From Mobula hypostoma (Eukaryota): DNA of 64,000 nucleotides. Of the stretch, positions 1 to 13,068 are shown piece after piece. The translations under genes were made by a program, and so were the position numbers. Position 1 is the stretch's first letter. Each line of letters opens with the position of its first letter. Below the pieces are notes generated by a model. The model was not told the DNA's origin. It was given only the letters and a program-made list of their open reading frames with translations, and made no database searches. The stretch is from positions 3,412,001 through 3,476,000 of the forward strand of contig NC_086109.1 in the NCBI RefSeq assembly GCF_963921235.1, given 5' to 3'.

Positions 1-115
1 AAGTGAAGAGGTTTCCCCTCATGTTCCCCTTAAACATTTCACCTATCACCTTTAACCTGTGACCTCTAATTGTAGTCCCACCCAGCCTCAGTGGAAAAAG
101 CCAGCTCACTTTCTA
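1..115 (-). mobile_element. CR1-type LINE 3' fragment
   Basis: Same sequence as the CR1 copy near 61800-61910 (gtgaagaggtttcccctcatgttccccttaaac...ctcagtggaaaaag), the reverse strand of the CR1 ORF2 C-terminus. Confidence 0.8.
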
Positions 116-974
116 CAACTTGTGATTCATGCACAAGAAAACTTAGATCACCCTGAAGCTCCCTCGATTTCAGTCTCCCTCCAATCAGAGATTAATCTGC
201 CTTCAGTTTCTCCTTACTGAAGTACATGACCTCACACTTCCCCATGTTAATCTCCATTTGGCATTCTTTTGCCCACTCAATCTATCTATATCCCACTGCA
301 AACTCACTATATCCTTATCACAACATGCCCTTCCAGTTATTGTACCATTGTCAAGTTTGGAAACTTTAGACACTGTTCCTTCCTCCGGATCACTAAGTCA
401 ACAGTTGTGGGTGTGTGATACTTCTTTGGTGGTAGTGGGTTTGGGAAGTGCTGAAAAGGTAACTGAAGGACTGTATGTAACTATATAATGGTTCTGAGTG
501 ACAAACTGTACAGCAATAGTTGAGGAAAATGTTTAGGGTGAGAATAGGATGCTATCTGCTATTCCAAATGGTCTCCACCCATTCCCCATCTACCCTTTCA
601 AAAATCATCACAATTCTCCAGATGACGGAAACAGGTTTATTTTAAGATGATTTGTACATTACTGCAGAGTTTGAGGCCTGGGTTGAAGCGATATGATGGC
701 CAGTTGCTGGGGACTTCCTTCCAGATGTTGTCCAGCTTTGCATCCTTATGCTCATCCAGGGGAGTGGAGAGCATTCTCACCTTTTGTAGCCTGATCGAGA
801 TGGATTTTAGGTCGGTGATGATCGGGGAGTTGATGATGACATTATTGAATGTCAAGGCCATTGCTTTGGACTTGCTTGATGCAAATGTTGCTTGCTATTA
901 TCAGCCTTTGTTGGAAACCTGAAGAAAGAACTGCAAATGCTGGAAGTCTGAAATAAAAACAAAAACAGAACTTA

Positions 975-1705
975 GAACAGTACAGCCCACAGGAAGGGGA
1001 CCTTCGGCCCAAAACGTTGTACCAAACCTATTAAATTAGTAATCAAGTGGCTAACTAAACTAATCCCTTCTGCCGACACAATGACCATATCCTTCTATTT
1101 CCTCACATTCATGTAAACGTCTCTTAACAATCTGTAATATATTTGCTTCTACCACCACCCCAGGCAGCACATTCTAGACAGCCACCACTCTCTGTGCAAT
1201 AAAACTTGATTCTTATATCTCATAGAGTTATCGAAAAGTACAGCACAGGAACTGGCCTTTCAGCCCATCTAGTCCATGCTGAAATTATTTAAACTGTCTA
1301 CTCCCATCGACCTGCACCGAGACCACAGCCCTTCATCCTCCGACCATCTATGTTCGCTTAAATGTTGAAATCGATCTCGCATATTCTTATGACCCTTTGA
1401 ATGAAGGTCTTTCCTCTCATGTTCCCCTTAAACTTCGAAATTTTGAAATTTTCCCCCTTTTACCTTAAATGCTTGCCCTCTGGGCAAGCCTGGGAAAAAG
1501 ATACAGTCTGTCTACTCTGTCAATGACTTTCATAACCTTATAAACGTCTATCAGATCTCCCTTCAGTCTCCAGCTCTCCCGAGAAACCAACCCAAGTTTG
1601 TCCAACCTCTTGTTATAGCGCATTCCCTTTAATCCAGGCAATATCCTGGTAAACCTCTTCTGCACCCTCTCCAAAACCTCACCATTCTTCCTATGATGGG
1701 CAACA
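975..1705 (-). mobile_element. Two adjacent CR1 LINE 3' fragments (about 975-1220 and 1222-1705)
   Basis: ORF 1465-1743 reads VLERVQKRFTRILPGLKGMRYNKRLDKLGL...LKGDLIDVYKVMK, the CR1 ORF2 C-terminus; two 3'UTR tails of the 'agtacagcacag...ccttcggccc' type. Confidence 0.9.
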
Positions 1706-1855
1706 CTGTGAACATGTACAAATGTAAAAGATGTTGGAAACACTCAGCAGGTCAGGCTGCTTTTGTGGAGGGAGAAATTTTTAACGTTTTATGTTTCTTT
1801 GATGACAATCCAGCCTGACTTGCTAGAAGTTTCTAACACATTCTGCTGTTACATG

Positions 1856-2185
1856 CAGTACTTTGCAAAAGCCTTAGACACATCTTAACTAGGGAACCTA
1901 AGACTTTTGCACAGTACTGTATTTGTCAACGTGGAGCGGAGAGCGAGTTTGTAAATCTGGCAGGAGCAAGAGATGTGAATGGCGAAGGTGGAGCGCCGTG
2001 GGAGGAGTGTGGGACAGGTGGCAGAGAAGGAGTGCCAGGGTGGGTGGGTAGTCACTGACATAGGTCATGAAATTTGGTTTTTTTGCAGTAGAAGTACAGT
2101 GCAATACAGAAAATTACTACTGTACTGTCCAAAGTCTCAGGCACCTTGGCTATGTATATGTAGATAAGACTTTGCCGCAGTGCTG
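1856..2185 (-). mobile_element. Composite non-autonomous DNA element with double-hairpin Tc1-like ends, copy 1 (internally deleted)
   Basis: Hairpin cagtactttgcaaaagccttag...ctaagacttttgcacagtactg at 1856-1919 and a second at 2120-2185; the interior is the reverse complement of parts of the copy at 39139-39709. Confidence 0.8.
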
Positions 2186-2346
2186 CATTATATTGCACAG
2201 GTACATGGATCAGAAAGATTCAGAAGGTTTTGGGCTGAACACTGGTAAGTAGGATGAGCTCAGATGAGGCATCTTGGTTGACAAGGACCATCTGGGCTGA
2301 AGACCCTATTTCCATGTTGTATGACACTTTAAGCTCTGAACTTTGC

Positions 2347-2577
2347 TGATGTGTATTTAATATTTGAGTGATTTTGTATATACATTGATTCAGCTTTCTT
2401 GTTCATTTAAATAATTAATTATGGGTTATATGTAGAAATGTTAATTGCATACATTGTCATGCTACCACATAATACGAGCGAACCTAGCTTAAAGTAAACT
2501 CAAAGTTAGACCCACATTTTGGACTTCCGTGTCTTCTTTTGAATTAGCTTAATGTTTTGAAGTTATGAAACATAACA
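2347..2577 (+). mobile_element. Possible solo LTR (Gypsy-like)
   Basis: AT-rich segment starting TG (tgatgtgt) and ending CA (acataaca) with imperfect terminal inverted repeats; flanks ttgc/tttc could be a decayed 4-bp TSD. Confidence 0.35.
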
Positions 2578-3490
2578 TTTCCAAACATACAATGACCTTG
2601 GAGTAAAGAATGTACTGAATGTTGAGGAATTGCTGTATTATTTTTGACAAATGCACAAAATCAAGTTGTATTGTTAGCAGATTTGGCTTTGCTTCGTGTC
2701 TGGCGCTCTCGCCTTCTGTTGGTTATGGGTTCTAGTCTCACACCTCAGGACCTGTGCATCATCTTGGCTGACACATCTGAGCTGTGCTGAGGGAACATTT
2801 CACTGGCAGAAGTGCCGTCCTTTAGGTGAGACATTAAACCGAGGTCTGCATGCAGGTTCCCATGGCACTGTGTGAGGAGTAACGAGGCTCCCCGTTACCT
2901 TCACCAATATCTGTCCTTTCAACTGAAGCCAAAAATAGCTCAACTACTTGTTAATTCAATTCTGCTTAGAGGACTTTCCTGTGTATAATCCAGCTGTTGT
3001 GGTCGCCTGTAAGTCACTGTTCAAAGGGAGTGAGTAGGTCCTGAAAGCTCTGGGATTTGTTGATATGTGGGGAGCTATATAAATGAAAATGTGTGCTTGT
3101 GGATAAGAATGCATAGGTTTATGAACATGGCTCAGTTTCCTGATGCTTCTACTGCTTTTAAAGACTTCTTCTTCAAGGTGGCTGTGTTTCCTGCGCTTTT
3201 CACCAGAGAGAATTTACTTACTTCTGGTTGAGTGAACAGCTAACATTTTATTATAGATTTGATGCTCAAACTTACAAAGTCATTGATGCAAGAACTTTTC
3301 AATGAGAAATGTCCTGGATGTGGCTTCCAAGGACAGTCTGCAGATGAAAACTAGATTGATCTGCAGTCCACAATGCTAACCTCGGATGTTGTTCGGACCA
3401 CTTTGAAATTGATGGGAGGATGGATTGAGTTAATGTAGATACTGCCTTTGTGGTCCAGAGTGCTTATGGAGGTTGATTGTTTAGTCCACT

Positions 3491-3848
3491 CAAAGTTCAA
3501 AGGTAAAAGTAAGTTTTATTATCAGCATACACATATGTCACTGTTTACAACCCTGAGTTTCATTTTCCTGCAGGCATACTCAGCAAATCTATAGAAAAGT
3601 AACTAAAGATCAACTAGAGTTGAAAAGATAACAAACTGTGCAAATACAAATATAAATAAATAGCAATAAATAACAAGAACATGAAATAACAAGATAAAGT
3701 GTCCTTAAAGTAAGAGTTGGTTGTGGAAACATCTCAATGGATGGGCAAGTGAGTGTAGTTACCCCCTTTTGTTCAAAAGCCTGGTGGTTGAGGGGTAGTA
3801 ACTGTTCTTCAACCTGGTGGTGAGACTCCTAAGGCTCTTGTCCCCTGT
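3491..3848 (-). mobile_element. L2/Rex1-group LINE 3' fragment (ttcaaag tail family)
   Basis: caaagttcaaa tail followed by ttgaggggtagtaactgttcttcaacctggtggtg; homologous to 13615-14110 and 41596-42086. Confidence 0.75.
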
Positions 3849-4546
3849 AATTGATACATTGTGTTGACGTAGATTCTGCCATATGGGACTTGTGCATTAT
3901 GTAGTTTTAGAGTCTTTAAGTTAAACAAAATAATTTTTAATACACATCTTGAACTTGAACTGAAATTCCCCCACCCGATTCTCCAAACAGTGCTTCTCTG
4001 TCAGATAGTCCCGGGGGGATTTTTTAAAATCAATATTTTGTGTTCAAAAACTCCAAAATAATTTAAATTGACATTCAGCAACACGATTATGTTAATCCGA
4101 TTGACCGGTTAGAAAGCAGCTGATAAGATGCCCCGTCACGAGCAGTTACACTGCTTTCTTCCTTTCTTTACAGCCAGGTGACACGCCAGTGACAGTCAGG
4201 ATTTGCAGTTGGGGTTTAGTGAAAAATCAACATAATCTTGTCACAACTTGACCTTCTGGTAGGTTAAGTTAAACTCGAAGCTGTACTGAGCGACATTTCT
4301 AAACTGTGAGTTTAAGAAGGAAGCTAAGTCGAAAATGGCTTTAGAGCTGCAGTGGAAGAAGTAACCAGGTTAATGAGCCAACTAGATGTTCCACAGCTTA
4401 GTAAGCACAGTTGAAATCTCCTTCAATTGGGGACTGGTGCGTATGCCGATGGATTTGCGCTTTATAGCATACTCAGAGAGTGGTGCCAATCCTAGAAGTG
4501 GAACATTTTAAGTCTCTCCCGTTGTAGGTTAACTAAAATGAACGAA

Positions 4547-5085
4547 ATCAAAATCAGAATCAGGTTTGCTATCACTGCCAAATCGGAACCAGAATTAGCT
4601 TTAATATCACTGGCACGTGCCGTAGAATTTGTTAACTTTACGGCAGCAGTGCAATGCTATAATAATAGAGAAAACAAAATCTGAATTACAGTATGAGAAT
4701 GTATATTAAATAGGTAAACTGAATAAGTAGTGCAAAAAAATGGAAATAAGACAGTCGTGAGGTAGGGTTCATGGGTTCACTCTCCATTCAGACCTCAGAT
4801 GGCAGAGGGGAAGAAGTTGTTCCTGAATCATTGAGTGTGTGCCTTCAGGCTTCTGTACCTCCTCCTGATGAGAAGAGAGAATGTCCCGGCTGATAGGAAT
4901 CCTTAATGATGGATGCCGCATTTTGAGGTATCGCTCTTTGAAGAAGTCCTGGATTCCGGGGTGTGGGGGAGGCAAGTGCCCATGATGAAGCTGACTGAGT
5001 TTAGAACTTTCCGCAGCTTATTTCGATCCTGTGCCGAGGCTCCCCCCACCCCCGTACCAGAAGTGATGCAATAGCAACGAATCCA
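4547..5085 (-). mobile_element. L2/Rex1-group LINE 3' fragment (agaatc tail family)
   Basis: atcagaatcagg tail plus decayed ORF2 end (AQDRNKLRKVLNSVSFIMGT; PGIQDFFKERYLK); homologous to 12146-12680. Confidence 0.85.
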
Positions 5086-5574
5086 GTGGAAGGGTTTGTT
5101 GGTGTAACTGTCCAGAGCTCTGAAGAAAGGTGAGCTGGTGTTTATCAACCTCCATTCACGGCATGATTCAATAAGCAGAGTTGCAGTTGTTTGTTCTGGC
5201 ACTGAGCACACTCTGACAGCAGACTCCAGTCTCTCGCTTCCTTTCTGCAGGAACTGTTTCTCTTTCCCAGCAGCTGATTTAACTCTGCTTTTAATTAACA
5301 AAACTCCTTGTATCTGTGCCCAAGAGGAATAGAGCCCTTGCGGAACTTAACCATCTGGGCACTGAGTTCCATTTTTCAGCTTTATGCATGAAAAGATGCT
5401 GTGAATTACTGCCGGTCCTGAAAGGACCTGCTGTAGGCTGCAGAGCGCCAGCGTGCCTCTGGGCACTGACAGCTGGGAGATCTCACACACAGACAGAACC
5501 AGGTGAAGTGTTAAACTCTGTCTCTGCCTCCCTGCTCCAGGGAACGGCTGATGAGAAACAATAAAATCATGCAC

Positions 5575-6082
5575 TTGAGAAAATCTGCCGATGATGGAAA
5601 TCCAGAGCAACACACACAAAGTGCTGGTGGAGCTTAGGTCAGGCAGCTTCCTTGGAAACGAATAAACAGTCGGCATTTTGGGCCGAGACCCTTCTTTGGG
5701 ACTGTAAAGGAAGCGGGGGGATGATGCCGGAATAAAAAGGTGGGGGGAGAGGAAGGAGGACAAGCTAGTAGTTGACAGGTGGAGCCAGGTGGGTAGGAAG
5801 GGTAAATGGCGGACGAGGAAGGGATCTAATAGGAGAGAAAAGTGGACAATAGGAGAAAGGGAAGGAGGAGGGGAACCGGGGGGAGGTGTTAGCAGGTGAG
5901 AAGAGATAAGAGGCCAGAGTGGGGAACAGAAGAAGAGGGGAGGCGGAGGGAAATAGTTTTTTACCAGAAGGAGAAATTGATATTCATGCCACCAGGTTGG
6001 AGGCTAACCAGACGGAATATAAACTGTTGCTCCTCCACCCAGAGGGTGGCCTCATCATGGAATAACAGCTGGCCATAGACAT
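5575..6082 (-). mobile_element. Penelope-like element 3' end (end of GIY-YIG region plus terminal repeat), decayed
   Basis: Reverse complement of about 48600-49150 (ttcatgccaccaggttggaggctaaccagacggaatataa; caacacacacaaagtgctgg); hammerhead core degenerate at 5668-5703. Confidence 0.85.
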
Positions 6083-6188
6083 CAATTCATAGTTTTGGAT
6101 ATTGCACAGACAATAGCTGTCAACAGTGCAACCTAACAATGAGTGGAGCAAGTTAGAGATAATGCTGTAAAAATCTATTTGTTACAGC

Positions 6189-6367
6189 ATGATATACATA
6201 CATTGCTGTACACTGCAATGTGATATACATGCATTGCTGTACATTGCAGTGTGATATACATACATTCTGTCCATTGCAGTGTGATATATGTTCATTGCTG
6301 TACATTGCAGGGTGATATACATACATTGCTGTACATTGCAGTGTGATATATGTACATTGCTATACAC
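6189..6367. repeat. 31-bp minisatellite, about 5.7 copies
   Basis: Unit gtgtgatatacatacattgctgtacattgca; tgatat recurs at 6190, 6221, 6252 and onward. Confidence 0.95.
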
Positions 6368-7000
6368 AGAAGGCATTGGTATGGAAACCTTGTAAATCAG
6401 CTTTTCAGCCAAATTTGTTCTCTATGGATACTTGAGGTCGTTATTGTAAGAGTGTTGCTTCTTTAATTTATTTTGGACTTCATTCTATCTTGGACGATTG
6501 TATTGCTCATCCTGACTACAAACTGGGTGGACTAGTGTGACTTTGATTTCAACATTTAAGAGAAATTTGAATTGGTACGACAGATGTGAGGCGTTATAGA
6601 TGGTTATGGTCAGGTCAATGGGACAAGGCAAGCTATTAGTTCAGTATGGACTAGGTGGGCCAAATGGCCTGTTTTTGTGCTGTAATGTTACATGACTCTA
6701 TGATTAGGATATTGGAAGCGAGTACAGTCCTTCAAACCAAGTCAAACCATCCTTAAACTAATCACCTCAGCTCCAAGGCTTAAATCCAGACACCAGGCTT
6801 GTTCTATTTTCTCTCACACCAAATATCTTTGATGCCAACTTAAAATTAACAATTAGCTAAAGAGAGTTTCAAATTTCTTCTACTCTCTGGTTCAATGCAC
6901 CCCAGAAACCTTGTTCTAATATTTAGATTTCTGTTCTCTCGTCCTGCCCCGTGACAATTAGAAGAAGATTCTCTATCCGAATGATCAAATTCCCTTAATC

Positions 7001-7073
7001 CAGCTGTTCCCAACCTGGGGTCCACAGGCTTAATGGTATTGTTCCATGGCATACAAAAGATTGGGAACCCCTG
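7001..7073. mobile_element. Short hAT-like MITE
   Basis: TIR cagctgttcccaa...ttgggaacccctg; same family at 25824, 40881 and 53769. Confidence 0.7.
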
Positions 7074-8131
7074 GCCTTAGCCCTAAAGGTAAAACAGTGT
7101 AAGTATTGGTGTGTCACTGCAAGACCAGTATGTATTACCCAGATCGTTTTGTTCTTGAGAAGGTGGTGGTAAGATGTTCCCTTGAACTACTGCACGCCAA
7201 GTGGTGGAGGAGCTCTCCAACGTGTAGTGAGGTACAAGATGTAAACCCAACACAGTGAAGGGGTGGTGATATATTCCTGTCCGGATGGAGGGGAACCTGC
7301 AGGTGGTGGTATTCCTGCGGTCACTGTGTTGTGCCATGCTGGAATTCATGGCTTTCTCTTGTGCATTTTGAGTTCTTTGATCAGTAACTGCGTTCATAGT
7401 TTGTAAGTGGTGGAGGGTAAATTAAATTGATAACTTGGTTTATTATTGTCGTACATTATATTCCTAGATACAGTGGAAATCTTTGTTTTGCATGCCATCC
7501 GTTTCATTACAAAGGCTTGTTGGAGATGGCTGTTGTCTGGCACCTGGATTCAAATCATGGGTGGACGTGCTCCAGACCTTGTTGTGTGCCGGGGTGTGGA
7601 TTGCTTTGCTTGCCAAAGAGTGTTCAGTGGTTTCGTCACAAGTTGTGGAAAAAGTCCTCCCTTCCTACCTGATGGAAGGGAGGTCACTGAAGCAGCATGG
7701 ACACCACCCCATGGAGCGTATGTTGAGATGTCCTAAGGTTGGAATGATTAACTCCCACCTTCCTTTAACTGCGAGGACAGTTTTCCCCTCAATCCCCATG
7801 GATGTCAGTCATTACAGGGCTCCTGGGTGCCACACTCCTTTAAACGTTACCTTGTTCCAAGGTCAACGATCCTCAACTCACCCCTAGAATTTAGCCCTTG
7901 TGTCCATGTTTGGACCAAAGATAAAAATGAGATCTGGAGCCGAGTGGTCCTGGAAAATCCAGAACTGGGAATCAGTAATAAAGAAGGAACAATCTCTCTC
8001 TCTCTCTGTCTCTCTCCCTCCCTCATTAGTGAGGGAGATGGCCTATTGAGATATTGAAATATTTGGATGCACAGTAGTTTCTCATGAACTCTAGATCGTG
8101 GCCTCTGGGGGATTGCTATTGTTCGGTGGAT

Positions 8132-8177
8132 AGTCATAGTCATAGTCATACTTTATTGATCCTGGGGGAAATTGGTT
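8132..8177 (-). mobile_element. Extremely 5'-truncated copy (tail only) of the young Rex1-type LINE
   Basis: agtcatagtcatagtcatactttattgatcctgggggaaattggtt, nearly identical to the tails at 17256, 27877 and 42087. Confidence 0.85.
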
Positions 8178-8784
8178 AAGGGGGGGCTTCTGCTGGAGTA
8201 AGGGGAGGGAGGGAGGGAGGGAGGAGGGGAAGTGTTGATGCTTTTGCTACTGTTTTTGTGTGGGGGCGGGGAGGAGGACTTTAGGGTTCTAATGTTTTTC
8301 TGTCATTCATTCTTTGGGTTTTTCTCTATTTTCACGGATATCTGTAAAGAGTAAGAATTTCAGGTTGTATATTGTCTACATTCTCTGTTATTAAATGGGA
8401 CCATTGAACTATTAATGAGATTATTGATAGCACTGTTGAAAGCTCCTTATATCACTTAATTGATGAGTTATAGTGGCCTTGTTGGCAATTATCTGAATTG
8501 ACTTTATCTGTTCTCCAGCTGATTAAATCATTCCATTTTCTTCCACATTCCAGAGGATGCAGCCTGTAATTATGTACCCTCCATCTAAGGCTTTGTCTTT
8601 CCCAAGGTATGGCACCCTGAAATAAAGTTGGAAAATGATGCAAATTTGCTGTAGATCAGACAGCACTTGTGGGGGGAGAGAGAGACAGTTAATGTTTCAG
8701 GTTGCTGACCTTTGTCAGAACCGGATGAGGTAGTACCTAAGCTTTTTTTTTAAGTTGAGAAAAGATGTGAGACTGCAGGGAGCA

Positions 8785-8900
8785 ATGAGTGTGTGTGTGA
8801 TAGGGGCTACAGGGGGGCAAAGAGGATGCCTGTGATAGGGGGCCACAGGGGGCAAAGGGTATCTGTGATAGGGGGTACAGGGGGCCAAGAGGGTGTTGGG
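8785..8900. repeat. G-rich degenerate tandem repeat (unit about 32 bp)
   Basis: tgtgatagggg(g)ctacagggggcaaag repeated about 3 times. Confidence 0.75.
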
Positions 8901-8934
8901 GGCGCACATGGTAATGATGGGTGGGGGGGTTATA

Positions 8935-9250
8935 GACAGAGTGTCGTTTTGCCAGAGTCGAGGAGATCAGAGGGCACAGTTTTAAGGTACGAGAGGAAAG
9001 GCTTAATCGGAACTTCAGTGGCAAAATCTGTACACAACATTTTTTTTATGTGGAATGAAATGCCAGAGGAAGTTTTATAGGCAGGTATAAAAGAACAAGA
9101 TCTAAAGACAGCTGGGCAGGTATATGGATCATAAAGGTGTAAGGAGTTATGTGCCAAACACTGGAAAAGGGATGAGCTTCGATGGGGCATCTTGGATGTC
9201 ACAGAGCATTTGGGCTGAAGGGCCTGGTTCTGTGCTTCGGGATTGTCTAA
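8935..9250 (+). mobile_element. CR1 LINE 3' fragment, decayed
   Basis: gagggcacagttttaagg...tggaatgaaatgccagaggaag...gggctgaagggcctggttctgtgct, the CR1 3' end. Confidence 0.75.
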
Positions 9251-9514
9251 TGCAAATGGTGGTGATAGTGGAGAGAGGACGATGGTGGTTTGTTAATTCT
9301 CAGGAGGTGCATGGTACATCGTTTATTATTGTCACGTACTGAGATAGTGAAAAGCTTTTGTTTTGCATGTCAACCATGCAAATAATTTCATCTCATCAAT
9401 ACACCTGCAGAATATCGTGTTCCAGTTACAGTGCAAGTCAACAAAGTACAAGGACTGTGTGAGTTAGGTTGTGAGGTCAAGAGCTCATCTTCATTGTGGT
9501 GGGGTTAAACCTGT

Positions 9515-9872
9515 CCTAGACTCTGGTACCTCCAAGAGGACCACAACCTTGTCGTATGGTTTGGAGGTTTATGTGCCTCAGTGACCCAGAGAGCTATGCT
9601 GGCCAGAGTCAGGGCTTTGGGCTTTGTGCTTTGGCTCTTGATAGGATCACCTATGCCAAACAGGTCAAAGGCTAGAGGCCAGACTAAGAGTGGTCCACCT
9701 GTCCTCCAGGTTCTGGGGTTCAGCTCAGGGGTAACAACCCTGATAGGTCAAAATAAAAGTTACAGAAGCCGCAGTAAGGGAATCCTCCTTTATCTGTTCA
9801 TGACAGTGTGGACAGAAGGAGATGGAGGACCTTCATTGCTGCCCCAAATGGGAAAGGCATAATGGACAGTAA
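9515..9872 (+). mobile_element. Bipartite non-autonomous RTE-derived retroposon (5' region fused to 3' end)
   Basis: RTE-like 5' region (gtgcctcagtgacccagagagctatgctggc...gactaagagtggtccac) joined to an RTE-like 3' end (gatggaggaccttcattgctgccc); homologous copies at 31490-31912 and 53048-53355. Confidence 0.7.
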
Positions 9873-9894
9873 CTTGAGCCTCATAGTGCAGTTT

Positions 9895-10430
9895 TTTTTT
9901 TTGAAAAGCTTTTGTATCTTCTGCCCAAATGGAAGGGGGAGGGAAAGTGAAAATACCCAGGATGGATGGGGTCTTTGATTACATTGGCTACTTTCCTGAG
10001 GTAGCAAGCAGTGTAGACAGTCCATGAAGGAGAGGCTAGTTCTGTTATGCGCTGAACTGTGTCCACAACTCTTCACAATTTCTTGTGGTCTTTGGTAGAG
10101 CAGTTGCTGTATCAAACTGTGATGTATCTGGATAGGATTTTTCTGTGGTACATCAAACAAAATGGTGAGGGTCAATGGGGACATGCTAAACTTTCTTAGC
10201 GTTCTGAGGAAATGAAGGTGCTATGTGCGTTCTTGGTGGTGGTGTTTGTGGTCGAGCATGGACAGGTTTTTGGTGATGTGTACACCTAGGAACATGAAGC
10301 TTTTTAACCATCTTCACCTCAGCGCCACTGCTACAGACGGGGTTCTCTGCTGAACTCGCTTCCCGAAGTCAAAGACCAACTCTTGTTTTGCTGGCACTGA
10401 GGAAAAGGATGTTGTCTTGATACCAATTTA
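9895..10430 (-). mobile_element. L2/Rex1-group LINE ORF2 fragment
   Basis: ORF 9881-10066 MDTVQRITELASPSWTVYTACYLRKVANVIKDPIHPG, the typical C-terminus of this clade. Confidence 0.75.
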
Positions 10431-10689
10431 GGTTTACCGTCTCTGCCCTGCAGGTGAGAGGGAAAGATTTAATGGGAACTTGAGCAGCAATCATTTTATA
10501 CAAAGGGTGGTACCTATGTGTAATGAGCTTCCAGAAGTGGCTGGGGCATGTACACTTACAGTTTTTTAAATGTCGATTGGATGGATTCATGGATTGGAAA
10601 TGTTTAGAAGGTGATCCTCCAAACGCTAGCAAATGGAACTAGTTTGACCGGGGCTCAATCTTGGAGTTATCTGCAAATTTCCTGATGCA

Positions 10690-11490
10690 GTTTATCATAT
10701 TACCATGACGTGACAAACAATGGACCCAGCATTGATCCCTGTGACACATCACTAGTCAACAGTTTTTTAGTCAAAGAAGAAACCATCTAATACAGTTCTC
10801 TGGCTTCTCCCATGAAGCTGATGTCAAATCCAATTTACTACCTCATCCTGAATGCCAAGTGACAGAACCTGCTTGACCAGCCTCCCTTATGGGACTTTGT
10901 CAATTGCCTTGTCCAAATAAACAGAATCCATTGGCTTTCCTTACCTTCATCAGTTGTTAAAGTCCATATAGAGAACATCCATTGCCTTTCCTTAATTAAT
11001 TTCCCTGGTAACCTCGAGAAAGTGCATAGGATTGGTTAGACAATAGCTCCCACACAAATTCTTGTCGGCTCCCCTAATCCGGCCCTATCTATCCAAATAT
11101 TTATGTATCCTGTCCCTTTGAATTCCTTCCAATAATTTATCCACTACTGACATCAGGATCACTGGCTATAATTTCCCAGGCTTTTCTTGAACAATGGAAC
11201 AACATTAGCTACCCTCCAGACCTCTGGCATTTCACCTATAGTTAAGGATGTTTTAGATACCTCTGCTAGGCCCCCTACAATTTCTGCACTAGCCTCCCAC
11301 AAGGTCTGAGGGGACAACTTGTCAGGCCCTGGGGATTTATCCATCCTAGACAGCAAGCACCTCGTCTTTGTAAACTGGATATAGTCCATCTCCTCACTAC
11401 TGTTTTGCCTCAGTTCCTTAGTCTCTGTGTCTGTCTCCTTAGTAAATACAGATGCAAAAAATCCATTTAAGATCTATTTTGGCTCCATGC
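10690..11490 (-). mobile_element. CR1 LINE internal RT fragment with deletions
   Basis: ORF 11159-11389 DKSPGPDKLSPQTLWEASAEIVGGLAEV...GEMPEVWRVANVVPLFKK, the CR1 RT N-terminal region. Confidence 0.9.
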
Positions 11491-11544
11491 ATAGATGACC
11501 ACATTGATCTTCAGGTGGACCAATTCAGTTGGGTCACTGAGAAC

Positions 11545-11915
11545 ATGAGTTGTAAATTTCTTGAAAGTGAGTCCATAGGTTGTGGAATCAGTTCAGTGTT
11601 GAGTGAAGTCATGCACATTGGTTCAAGATCCTGATGGCTGAATAATAATAATTGTTCTTGAACCTAGAGGTGTGAGAGTTGCAGCAGTGAGAAGATAGCA
11701 CGGCCTAGATGGTGCGGGTTCTTGGTGATGAGTGGTGCTTTCTTGTGTTGCAGTGTTCCTTATGGATGTGTTCAATGGTGGAGAGGGCTTTTCCGGTGAT
11801 AGATTGGGCTGTATCCATTACTCTTTGGAGGCTTTTCTGATCTTGGGCATTGATGTTTCCATACCAGATCGTGATGCAACCAGCCAGGAAACTCTTCACT
11901 GTGCATCTATATCGG
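11545..11915 (-). mobile_element. L2/Rex1-group LINE fragment
   Basis: ORF 11705-11950 YRCTVKSFLAGCITIWYGNINAQDQKSLQRVMDTAQSITG. Confidence 0.85.
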
Positions 11916-12145
11916 TTAGTCAAGGCTCTAAGAGAAACTTGGACGTACATAGATGGAAGGGGTATGGAGGGCTATGGTCCGGGTGTGGGTTGATGGGACT
12001 AGGCAGAATAATGGGTCAGCACAGACTAGATGGGCCAAAGGGCCCGTTTCTGTGTTCAGTGCTCTATGACTACCATTCTGTCCATGGAAAGCAGTTCGTA
12101 CCTTGGTGCTGAAGCACTGGGATGGGACTTGAAGCCGCAGTAAGC

Positions 12146-12680
12146 ATCAGAATCAGGTTTAATATTACTGGCATATGTCATGAAATTTGTTGTCTTTGCA
12201 GCAGCAGCACAATGAAATATGTAATGATAGAGAAAAAATGTGAATTACGGTGTGTGTATATATATATTTATTTAAATTAAATAATTAGTGCAAAATTAGA
12301 AATTAAAAAGTCGAGAGGTACTGTTCATGGATTTAATATCCATTCAGAAATCTGATGGCAGATAGGAAGAAACTGTTCCTGAATCGATGAGTGTGTGCCT
12401 TCAGGCTTCTGTACCTCCTCACTGATGATGGTAACAATAAGAAGAGGGCATGTCCTGGTTGATGGGGGTCCTTAATGATTGGTGTTGCCTTTCTGAGGCA
12501 TCGCTCCTTGAAGATGTCCTGGATACTACAGAGGCTAGTGGCAATGAAGGAGTTGACTAGGTTTACAACTCTCTGCAGCTTGTTTCGATCCTGTGCAGTC
12601 ACCTTGCCCCCACACCAAACGGTGATACTGTACAGCCAGTTAGAATGCTCTCCATGGTACACCTGTAGAAATTTACAAGA
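12146..12680 (-). mobile_element. L2/Rex1-group LINE 3' fragment
   Basis: ORF 12333-12662 AQDRNKLQRVVN...IIKDPHQPGHALFLLLPS..RRYRSLKAHTHRFRNSFF plus atcagaatcagg tail. Confidence 0.9.
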
Positions 12681-13005
12681 GTGCTGCCTGTCAGTTAAAG
12701 CAAGTTATTGGGGCCTGGAAACCGAGGGAGCCACATCAAAAACACTAATCAGTCCTCTGGTTGTCCTGAAGCAAGATCTCAAGGCCAGTCATTCCCAACT
12801 TGTGTGCTGTGACCTGACTTGGTGTCAGGAAGATGAAGTGGGGCTATCAAGAAGCTTGATATACACTGTGGCATATGTGATGTGTGTGAGGTGTTGACTG
12901 TATTGTTCTGGGGTCACAAGTTTCCAGTGTTCAAGTGAGGCTGTATTCAGGAGAAGAAGCTGTTTATGATGCGTTTTCCCCTCCTCCATCTAATTCATGC
13001 CACAG

Positions 13006-13068
13006 CTGCGATCGACGACCTTAACCCAGTCAGACGGACGGAGACTCCTCGCCTGCCTGCCTATGTAG
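13006..13068 (+). other. Candidate 63-nt internal host exon (gene unidentified)
   Basis: Pyrimidine tract with ctaat and cacag acceptor before 13006, TAG|gtcagt donor after 13068, locally high CpG content; open as a phase 1-1 exon (AIDDLNPVRRTETPRLPAYV). Confidence 0.35.

Noticed and set aside
4150..4265. Possible exon after the strong acceptor ctttcttcctttctttacag
   Set aside because: Stop codons and no recognisable peptide; a splice-like signal alone is insufficient. The same applies to the acceptor near 61260.
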